Positions 57,162 to 64,000 of a DNA stretch of 64,000 nucleotides are shown here, in pieces. Within the stretch, counting starts at the first letter, position 1. Each line of letters starts with the position of its first letter. The DNA is from Tagaea sp. Lineage in GTDB: Bacteria > Pseudomonadota > Alphaproteobacteria > CACIAM-22H2. The notes below the pieces were generated by a model that searched no databases, was not told where the DNA came from, and was given only the letters and a program-made list of their open reading frames with translations. The position numbers and the translations under genes are program-made. The stretch is taken from positions 224,001-288,000 of the forward strand of contig CBDIIB010000004.1 in NCBI GenBank assembly GCA_965279525.1, given 5' to 3'.

Positions 57162-58889
57162 TCACGCCGCCTGCGCCGGCTCCGCTGCGATCCGGGACGG
57201 CAGCAGCACCTCGAACAGGCTGCCCTTGCCCGGTTCGCTTTCAACGCGGATCGTGCCGCCCAGCCGCAGGACGAGCTGGCGCGTCAGCGACAGGCCCAGG
57301 CCCGTCCCGCTGCGCCGGCTCACTTGCGCGCTCTCCTTGCGCCAGAACGGCTCGAAGATATGACCGATGTCGGCGGCGGGGATGCCGTCGCCCTCGTCGG
57401 CGACCCAGATTCGCAGGCGGTCGCCGTCCTCGCACATCCAGCCGACGCGCACGGTGCCGCCGGCCCGGCAGAACTTGACCGCGTTGCCGGCAAGGTTGAC
57501 CAGGATCTGGCGCAAGGCGCCTGCATCGCTGACGACCGTGAGCGGTCCCGCCGGTGCCACGGCCTCGATCTTCACGTCCCGCTCGACCGCGATGGGGCGC
57601 ATCATCTCCAGCACGTCGCGCACGGCCGAACCGGGATCGAGCTCGACGGGCTTGAGGACCAGGCGGCGGGCCTCGATCGCCGCGAGATCGAGGAGCTGGT
57701 CGACCACGCCCAGCAGGTGGCGTCCGGCAGTCAGCACGTCGCCGACATAGCCGCGGTAGCGCTCGGGCAGGGGGCCGAAGACCTGCATCACGACGAACTC
57801 GGAAAAGCCGATGATCGCGTTGAGCGGCGTGCGCAGCTCGTGGCTGACATTGGCGAGGAATTCGCGCTTGGCGGCGTTGGCGGCTTCCGCCGCGACAAGG
57901 GCGGCACGCACGCGGCTGGCCTCGCGGTCGCGCAAGGCCGTGAATCGGACGACCAGTGCCGCCATCATGCAGGCCAGCAGCGTGGCAAGTGCGGCAAAGC
58001 CGACGGTCCACGTCCGGCGGCCGTCGATCGTCGCTTCGATGTCCGACTTGCGGAAGCTCGCATAGACATAGAGCGGCTGCTTCTCGATCCGCTTGAAAGC
58101 CAGGACGATCGGCCGCCCGTCGACACCGTTGCGCGTGTCGATCAGCCCGAGGGCGCGCCGCTCGCCTGACACGCCGGCGTAGTCGTCGACATTGATGCGC
58201 CGTCCCACGATGCCCTCGACGTCGGGGCTGCGGAACAGGATGTGGCCGTCGTCGCGCACGATGCCGACGATTCCGCGGGCGGAGACGAATAGGTCGCGGA
58301 ATATTTCGGCAAGCGGCGCCACCGGAATGGACGTGACGATATACCCGATGCCGAACATGTTCGGCCGTGTCTTCATGGCCAGCGGTATCGACGGCAAGCC
58401 GGTATTGCGCGCGACGATCTGCAGGCCGATATGGATCGCACCGGCGGAGAGCCCGTCGAGCGCGCGGATATATTCGCGGTCCGCGACGTTGATCGCCTCG
58501 CTGCCATAGGGACCGAACGGGATCATCCGGCCGTCCGCGGCGAAGACGCGGACATTCAGCGGAAGGCTGTGCCGGCGTTGCAGGCGGTCGACGACGTCCG
58601 CAAGCTCGGCAAGCTTCGCACCGTCTGTCTGCTCGGCAAGCCAGACTTCGGCCGCCTCGATCAGGCCTTCGGCGGATTCGACCGTCCGCCCGACCTGGGC
58701 CGACAGCAGATTCTGTGCACCGAGCAGTTCGTTCTTCGCGGACTCGTGGAAATCGTGGTGATCGCTGGCGAGGCGCCAGATCGCGACCGACCAAATTCCG
58801 GCCACGACCAGTGCGGCGAAGCACACGGCCGCGACCTTGGGCGACGAGAGCCGGCGGAGCAGGGCGGATGTCCGGGGGGAGTCCAACAT
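57162..58889 (-). CDS. Membrane sensor histidine kinase (Cache-like sensor, PleC/DivJ-type H-box)
   Basis: Two TM segments flank a DREY-containing sensor; FLANVSHELRTPLNAIIGFSE, NAVKF and GTGLGL. Confidence 0.93.
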   Translation of the reverse strand: MLDSPRTSALLRRLSSPKVAAVCFAALVVAGIWSVAIWRLASDHHDFHESAKNELLGAQNLLSAQVGRTVESAEGLIEAAEVWLAEQTDGAKLAELADVVDRLQRRHSLPLNVRVFAADGRMIPFGPYGSEAINVADREYIRALDGLSAGAIHIGLQIVARNTGLPSIPLAMKTRPNMFGIGYIVTSIPVAPLAEIFRDLFVSARGIVGIVRDDGHILFRSPDVEGIVGRRINVDDYAGVSGERRALGLIDTRNGVDGRPIVLAFKRIEKQPLYVYASFRKSDIEATIDGRRTWTVGFAALATLLACMMAALVVRFTALRDREASRVRAALVAAEAANAAKREFLANVSHELRTPLNAIIGFSEFVVMQVFGPLPERYRGYVGDVLTAGRHLLGVVDQLLDLAAIEARRLVLKPVELDPGSAVRDVLEMMRPIAVERDVKIEAVAPAGPLTVVSDAGALRQILVNLAGNAVKFCRAGGTVRVGWMCEDGDRLRIWVADEGDGIPAADIGHIFEPFWRKESAQVSRRSGTGLGLSLTRQLVLRLGGTIRVESEPGKGSLFEVLLPSRIAAEPAQAA

Positions 58890-59055
58890 GACCCAAAAAC
58901 TACATATCGATGGTTAAGAACTCGTATGTCTCGGAAGGGCTTAGATCTATTGGATATTGGTGAATTTTGTACCGCTACATACAATATGCTCAAACTTCTG
59001 CGCGGCCGGGTTCCTGGCATTGCATGAGTGGCCCGTCGCAGGAGTTGCCGAACGG

Positions 59056-59601
59056 ATGGTTTCCAGCCTGCCTGCCTTGCCATCCGATTTTCCCGAACCG
59101 GCCCGCATCGTCCTCGACCGCTGGCGCGAGGCGCATGCTGCCGACGGCATCGTTCCGGACATCGCGGCGTTCGCTCCCTTCCGCCTGCCGCCGGCGGTCA
59201 TCCCGTGGACGACGACGCTCCGGCGCACGGGGCCTGCGACGCTCGAATACCGGATCGTCGGCGAGGAGCTGACGTTCCTCTACGGCTCGAACCCGCGCGG
59301 CCGGCAGGTGCTCGACTATGCGCCGGCGAATTTCCGCAGCCTGCGCTACACGATGATCCTGCGGGCAATGGACGAGGGAACGCCGTTCTGGTTCCGCGGC
59401 GACATGCTGTTCGTGAATCTCAGCGTGCGTTTCGGCCGTCTCGGCCTGCCGATGCGCGGCGCGGACGGGCAGGCCTTGATCGTCGTCTATTTCCCCATTG
59501 GCACGTTTCCATATCCGCGGCCGGCCTATATCCGCTCTGCCGAACTTGCGCCCGAAGACGTCGTGTGGCTCGACGCCGGCGCACATCCGCCGGCGGTCTG
59601 A
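59056..59601 (+). CDS. Stand-alone PAS (PAS_5-like) domain protein
   Basis: Pattern W...P....F.PFRLP..IPW....YRIVGE...G.NPRG...LPM. Start uncertain. Confidence 0.7.
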   Translation: MVSSLPALPSDFPEPARIVLDRWREAHAADGIVPDIAAFAPFRLPPAVIPWTTTLRRTGPATLEYRIVGEELTFLYGSNPRGRQVLDYAPANFRSLRYTMILRAMDEGTPFWFRGDMLFVNLSVRFGRLGLPMRGADGQALIVVYFPIGTFPYPRPAYIRSAELAPEDVVWLDAGAHPPAV

Positions 59602-59684
59602 GTATTTTCCGGCGCTATCGCGGGGCCGGCGACCCGATAGGTTCGCCGCTTCCAGCACCAGCCCCGACAACCAAAGGAAAATAC

Positions 59685-60089
59685 ATGTCCCGCATCCCGC
59701 TCATTTCCGCCGCGATCGTCGTCGCCGCGGCACTTGCCGGCCCTGTGTTCGCACCCGCTCCCGTGTTCGCGCAGGGTACGCCCCAGACGATCTCGTTCGT
59801 CCGCATCGACGCGCAGACGCTTGCGACCGGTTACCGGACGTCGAAGGTCGTCGGCGCCACCGTCTTCAACGAAGGCAACGAGATCGTGGGCAAGATCGAC
59901 GACCTGATCGTCACGCCGAACGACCGGGTACCCTTCGCGGTGCTTTCGGTCGGCGGATTCCTCGGCGTCGGCACGTCGTATGTCGTCATCCCGTACAGCA
60001 ATCTCGAGCTGCGCGACGACAAGGTCATCCTGCGCGGCGCCACGAAGGAGTCGCTGCAGAAGCTGCCCGAGTTCAAGTACGCGTACTGA
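59685..60089 (+). CDS. Exported PRC-barrel domain protein
   Basis: AAAGGA RBS, signal peptide, and SKVVGATVFN...VGKIDDLIV...VLSVGGFLGVG. Confidence 0.93.
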   Translation: MSRIPLISAAIVVAAALAGPVFAPAPVFAQGTPQTISFVRIDAQTLATGYRTSKVVGATVFNEGNEIVGKIDDLIVTPNDRVPFAVLSVGGFLGVGTSYVVIPYSNLELRDDKVILRGATKESLQKLPEFKYAY

Positions 60090-60095
60090 CCTGAC

Positions 60096-60126
60096 GCGAG
60101 GGGGCCGGCCTGCCGGCTCCCCTTGT
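60096..60126 (+). terminator. Hairpin after the PRC-barrel gene
   Basis: GCGAGGGGGCCGGC-CT-GCCGGCTCCCCTTGT inverted repeat. Confidence 0.5.
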
Positions 60127-60181
60127 GCCATGCGAGGGGGTCGCGGCTTGACTAGGGTGTCCGGCGGTTCGAAAATCGCGG

Positions 60182-62080
60182 ATGGACGGCAAGACGGATT
60201 CCGCTTCGAAATCTGACATAGAGTTCCGCGCCGCACGCTGGAACGCGCTTGGCGATCAGGTCAGGAGCGGCAACGTCGCGTCCGTCGTGGACCGGATCGA
60301 TGCCGCGTCGGCCGAAGAACCGGATTTCTGGCCGGGCCATTTCCTGCGCGGTGTGGCGCATCTCCATCTCGGGAATTTCGCGACGGCGGCCGATGCGTCG
60401 GCGCGTGCACTTGCGCTCAAGCCCGATCTTGCGGACGCACACCATATCCGGCTCCTGGCGCTGATCCAGGCGGCGCGGCCCGACGAGGCGATCGCGGCCG
60501 GCCGCGAAGCCATGACCGCGGCCCCGCAGGATCCGCGCACGGGACCGATCCTTGCGAACCTGTTGCTGGATCGCGGCGACGTCGCGGGCGCACTTGGCGT
60601 CGCCGCCGAAGCGGTCCGCCGCCATCCCGGCGATTTCGCCTGCCTCTACGAGATCGCGAACATCCAGAAGCGTCTCGATCGCTGGTCGGCGGCCGAGGAA
60701 CTCTACGCGCGTGCCGCTTCCCTGATGCCGGCCCGGCCCGAAGGCCATTTCGGGATCGCCTGCTGCCGGCTGGCCGATGGCCGCTTCGCCGAGGCGCGGG
60801 CGGGATTCGACCGGGCGATCGCGGTGGACCCCGCGTTCGAGCCCGCGTGGATCAACCGGCTCTATCTTTCGACCTACGATCCGGCGACGAGTCCGCTTGC
60901 GTGTCGCGACCTGCATGCCGACTGGGCTGGGCGGTTCGCCGACCATCTGCTGGCGCAGGCGCCCGCCATCCGGCGCGCACGCGATGCCGACAGGCGCTTG
61001 AAGGTCGGTTTCGTTTCGCCCGATTTCCGTCGGCATTCGGTCACGCAGTTCGTGCGGCCGATCCTCGCCGGCCGCGATCCGGCGGCCATCGAGACCTATG
61101 CCTACGCCAATGTCCGGGCACCCGACGGAACGACCGCGATGCTGCGCGGCCTCGCCGACCGGTGGCGGCCGATCGAGAAGCTCGACGACGATGCCGCCGC
61201 CGCACTGGTGCGCGCCGACGGGATCGACATCCTCGTGGATCTTGCCGCCCACACGTCGGGCGGGCGTCTCGGGATTTTCGCGCGCAAGCCCGCACCTGTG
61301 CAGGCGACATGGCTGGGCTACTGCACCACGACCGGGCTAAAGGCGGTCGACTGGTTCGTCTCCGACGGCAGGATCGCGCCGGAAGGTGCCGAAAGCGCCT
61401 TCGTGGAGCGGATCTGGCGCCTGCCGCACGCCTATTGCTACGTGCCGCAGGACGGGATGCCGGACGTCGCACCGCTGCCCGCCTTGCGTGCCGGCCATCC
61501 GACATTCGGCCATTTCGGGCGGATCGAGCGGATCAACGACGCGACGCTTGGTGCCTGGGCTGTCGTTCTCGCGGCAGTCCCCGATGCGCGCCTGGTCCTC
61601 AACAGCCCGCCGCTGGCGGACGACGGCGTCAAGGCAAGGCTCGCCGCGCGCTTTGCCGCCGCAGGCGGGGATTTGCGGCGGCTCGACCTTGTCGCGACCT
61701 CGCCGCAGTCGGTCACGTGGGCCGCCTATGGCGCGATCGACGTGGCGCTCGACTGCTTCCCGTTCAATGCCGGGGCGACCACGTTCGAGGCGTTGTGGCT
61801 GGGCGTGCCGGTCGTGACGCTGCGCGCCGAACCGCCGCTCGGGCGGATGGGGGAGTCGATCCTGTCGGCGGCCGGCCTCGCGGACTGGGTCGCGGCGGAC
61901 GTGGACGCTTACGTCGCGCGTGCGGTCGCCGCCGTCGCCGATCCGGCAGCATTGGCCGCCTTGCGCACGGGTCTGCGCGCCCGCATGCGCGCGTCGCCGC
62001 TGATGGACCAGACCCGCTATGTCCGCGATTTCGAGGCGGCTTTGCGCGGAATGTGGCGCATGGCGGTCGCCGAAGCGTGA
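60182..62080 (+). CDS. TPR + GT41 (SPINDLY/OGT-like) glycosyltransferase, second copy
   Basis: TPR repeats; KVGFVSPDFRRHSV, IDILVDLAAHT, KPAPVQATWLGY, DVALDCFPFNAGATT and EALWLGVPVV. Confidence 0.93.
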   Translation: MDGKTDSASKSDIEFRAARWNALGDQVRSGNVASVVDRIDAASAEEPDFWPGHFLRGVAHLHLGNFATAADASARALALKPDLADAHHIRLLALIQAARPDEAIAAGREAMTAAPQDPRTGPILANLLLDRGDVAGALGVAAEAVRRHPGDFACLYEIANIQKRLDRWSAAEELYARAASLMPARPEGHFGIACCRLADGRFAEARAGFDRAIAVDPAFEPAWINRLYLSTYDPATSPLACRDLHADWAGRFADHLLAQAPAIRRARDADRRLKVGFVSPDFRRHSVTQFVRPILAGRDPAAIETYAYANVRAPDGTTAMLRGLADRWRPIEKLDDDAAAALVRADGIDILVDLAAHTSGGRLGIFARKPAPVQATWLGYCTTTGLKAVDWFVSDGRIAPEGAESAFVERIWRLPHAYCYVPQDGMPDVAPLPALRAGHPTFGHFGRIERINDATLGAWAVVLAAVPDARLVLNSPPLADDGVKARLAARFAAAGGDLRRLDLVATSPQSVTWAAYGAIDVALDCFPFNAGATTFEALWLGVPVVTLRAEPPLGRMGESILSAAGLADWVAADVDAYVARAVAAVADPAALAALRTGLRARMRASPLMDQTRYVRDFEAALRGMWRMAVAEA

Positions 62081-62106
62081 TTTTAAGGGGCGGCCGGGAA
62101 CGGAAG

Positions 62107-62154
62107 TGGCTGGGGGACTAGGATTCGAACCTAGACTAGCTGAGTCAGAGTCAG
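62107..62154 (-). repeat. 3' fragment of tRNA-Gln(CTG): attachment-site duplication
   Basis: The minus strand reads CTGA-CTCTGAC-TCAGC-TAGT-CTAGG-TTCGAAT-CCTAG-TCCCCCA-G-CCA (anticodon arm, T arm, 3' acceptor strand, CCA). The D arm and 5' acceptor strand are absent. An integrase gene ends 84 bp away. Confidence 0.93.
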
Positions 62155-62170
62155 AAAACATCTATTTCTA

Positions 62171-62238
62171 TATCAATGGGTTAATTGCCAGAATTCCTGT
62201 AAAAAAACCCGAGATTTCCTGCCCTTTTGTAAAAAACC
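62171..62238. promoter_or_regulatory. IHF site and putative integrase arm-type repeats
   Basis: TATCAATGGGTTA (62171-62183) matches WATCAANNNNTTR. TGTAAAAAA(A)CC is repeated at 62198-62209 and 62228-62238. Confidence 0.65.
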
Positions 62239-63342
62239 TCAGGTCGTACTCTGCCTGTTTTCATGATTGCGCGCGCGTTTCCGGGGAGCCTTCCTCTTGA
62301 ACTTCCGGTTCAGCGAAATGGCGGCATCGCCGAGCCGACGCTTCTCGGCGGTGCGTGTGTATTCCGATGCCATATCATCGCTGAGGTGACCCAGGACAGC
62401 CTTGATCTGGTCGCTCGATCGCCCGGCCTCGGCGAGCGTCGCTCCAACGGTATGGCGCAGGCCGTGGAGTGCAAGGCCAGTCGCTGACGTGCCGAGGCGT
62501 GTGCGCAGCTTCTTCAGGGACGAGTTGATCCCGTCTGGCGTGTACGGCGCATCCTCGTCGTTCACGACGATCGTCGAAGACTTGGCGCTTCGCGGCGTCG
62601 TCTTCAGGATATTGACGAGTTCCCGAGGCATCGCGATATCGACATGCACGCCTGTCTTCTTGGACGTATATGCCAATCGACCGGCCTTCACTGCAGACCA
62701 CTCAACCGAGATCACATCTGCGCGACGCATCCCGGAATAGGCAGCGAGAGCGAGGCCGGCCCGCAGCCCGTAGAGTCCGCGCTGTTCAGCGAGATCAAGT
62801 GCGGCGGCGAGCTCGCTGTCGGTCCACCGGCGGTTCCGTTTCGGCAGATTTGCAGGGCGAGGAATGTCTTCGAGCCCCTCGAAGGGGTTGCCGGCCGTGA
62901 GTTTCCTCGGACCTTTCGAGCCTCGTCGCCACATCGAACGAAAGATATCGAACAGGTAGTTCGTCGTGCGCCATTTGAGACGTGGGGCGAGCGTTGCCTG
63001 CAAACCCTCGATGAAGGCTGAATTGACCTTGACGAGCGGCATCTCGCCAAGCGGCTCGAGGTGCGTGAGCAGCTTTGCGTAGTCCTTGCGTGTCCGCGCC
63101 GCCAGCGACAGGAAGTGCGGTGACAACTTGTACTGGGTGATCAGATGGCGGAGAGAGCCGCCCTTCGGTTCAATCTTCTTTGCCGTGGATGCGTTCTGGT
63201 ACGCAGCCACAAATGCAGGATCCGTCGGCGTAGGCAGGCGGACGCGCTTCAGGCCAGGTGCGCGGAAATAGGCGTATTCGACGAGGGTTCCGTCAGCCGC
63301 TCTCGTTCGAACAATCTGCACATGAGTGACGTTGATCTTCAT
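62239..63342 (-). CDS. int: Tyrosine recombinase/phage integrase
   Basis: Catalytic set intact: YSGMRRAD (R), KKTG (K), HGLRH, LGH and EY. Confidence 0.95.
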   Translation of the reverse strand: MKINVTHVQIVRTRAADGTLVEYAYFRAPGLKRVRLPTPTDPAFVAAYQNASTAKKIEPKGGSLRHLITQYKLSPHFLSLAARTRKDYAKLLTHLEPLGEMPLVKVNSAFIEGLQATLAPRLKWRTTNYLFDIFRSMWRRGSKGPRKLTAGNPFEGLEDIPRPANLPKRNRRWTDSELAAALDLAEQRGLYGLRAGLALAAYSGMRRADVISVEWSAVKAGRLAYTSKKTGVHVDIAMPRELVNILKTTPRSAKSSTIVVNDEDAPYTPDGINSSLKKLRTRLGTSATGLALHGLRHTVGATLAEAGRSSDQIKAVLGHLSDDMASEYTRTAEKRRLGDAAISLNRKFKRKAPRKRARNHENRQSTT

Positions 63343-63578
63343 GCCACTTTGCTCAACCAGTCTTCTGGGTTGCCAGAGTCTATGTCTTTCAGATTCGTGA
63401 TGTAAATGTCGAGTTCCGCTCGATCCCAAAGGACAGCTCCGCCGATCCGGAGAGGGGCAACCGAGAAATTCGAAAGAAAATGGGTCTCGCTGACGCTGCA
63501 ATACGCCGCCGCGACCGGCAGCCGCATCAGGCGGGGCCAGTCGGGAAGGTCGCTCGGCTTCAGCTTCGCATTCGACAT
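63339..63578 (-). CDS. Excisionase/AlpA-like small DNA-binding protein
   Basis: WPRLMRLPVAAAYCSVS...LWDRAELD. ATGA overlap with the int start. Confidence 0.8.
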   Translation of the reverse strand: MSNAKLKPSDLPDWPRLMRLPVAAAYCSVSETHFLSNFSVAPLRIGGAVLWDRAELDIYITNLKDIDSGNPEDWLSKVA

Positions 63579-63669
63579 CCCAACGGTATGTGAGTTTTGT
63601 CGGGAAACGACCACCCTTTCTTGAGGTAAGGCCGAAAATATCGCTTTAAAGATATAGAATGAATGTGAT

Positions 63670-63927
63670 CTAGCGCTTTCGCGGCTTGGGCGAGGTGGGC
63701 GTACCGACGCCAATGGGGCGTTTGCCGCCGCTACCCGCGTCGGCCGGATAGTCCGACGGCTTCAGACGTTCGATCAGCAGCCCGATGTGAACGGGCGGTG
63801 TGCGCGCGTCTTGCTCCCATTTTCGAAAGCCGGACAAGGATACGCCAAGGAGGAGCGCAGCTTGCGCTTGGGTCAGGTTGTGCCTGACCCGCCAATGCTG
63901 AATATCGGCGGCGGTTATCGGCTTCAT
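63670..63927 (-). CDS. XRE-family HTH protein
   Basis: WRVRHNLTQAQAALLLGVSLSGFRKWEQ. Confidence 0.85.
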   Translation of the reverse strand: MKPITAADIQHWRVRHNLTQAQAALLLGVSLSGFRKWEQDARTPPVHIGLLIERLKPSDYPADAGSGGKRPIGVGTPTSPKPRKR

Positions 63928-63974
63928 TGGTTGACGAGATACACGACCGGGAACCGGTAGCAACAGGATTTTCC

Positions 63975-63999
63975 TTGACAAGTAACCCAATGGGTTACT
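63975..63999 (+). promoter_or_regulatory. Divergent promoter (-35 TTGACA) with palindromic operator
   Basis: TTGACA at 63975-63980 is followed immediately by the perfect palindrome AGTAACCCA-A-TGGGTTACT. Confidence 0.75.
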
Positions 64000-64000
64000 A

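Larger units (their letters stand above)
62107..64000. mobile_element. Left end of a prophage or integrative element in tRNA-Gln(CTG), continuing past the window
   Basis: att fragment, IHF-like site, int, xis-like and HTH genes, and a visible drop in GC with changed codon usage. Confidence 0.9.

Noticed and set aside
59685-60089. PRC-barrel gene as reaction-centre H subunit (puhA)
   Set aside because: It is short and exported, lacks PuhA features, and has no photosynthesis neighbours.
62107-62154. Functional tRNA-Gln gene
   Set aside because: The D arm and 5' acceptor strand are missing, so it is an att-site fragment.

Overview
This is a high-GC bacterial chromosome segment. Gene content and regulatory motifs point to an alphaproteobacterium, probably Rhodospirillales-like (inference). 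Most of it is core or accessory metabolism. From left to right: a CueR-type promoter driving copA-selO-(DsbD_2/TauE-like); an FNR/FixK-boxed ccoNOQP-ccoGHIS cbb3 oxidase cluster; SulP; a zwf-edd-hexR-greB operon with HexR-like operators; a cytoplasmic hybrid kinase/Hpt with a CheY-like regulator; three small DNA-binding genes around structured low-GC spacers; MFS/EamA transporters, metY and LysR; a pseudokinase-membrane protein-lipoprotein hydrolase operon; icd, LOG, cytochromes c and psd-pssA; motA coupled to a TPR-GT41 (SPINDLY-like) glycosyltransferase; an orphan rodA; bciB coupled to a frameshifted FkbM methyltransferase; a PleC/DivJ-type kinase; and a second TPR-GT41. The last ~1.9 kb is the left end of an element integrated in tRNA-Gln(CTG), with an att fragment, IHF box, arm-like repeats, tyrosine integrase, excisionase-like gene, HTH gene and a palindromic operator. 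I saw no CRISPR array or rRNA. The best candidates for undescribed biology are the motA/GT41/FkbM glycosylation module, the pseudokinase operon, the copA-selO operon and the regulator triad at 29.2-30.9 kb. All calls come from reading motifs by eye; no database searches were run.
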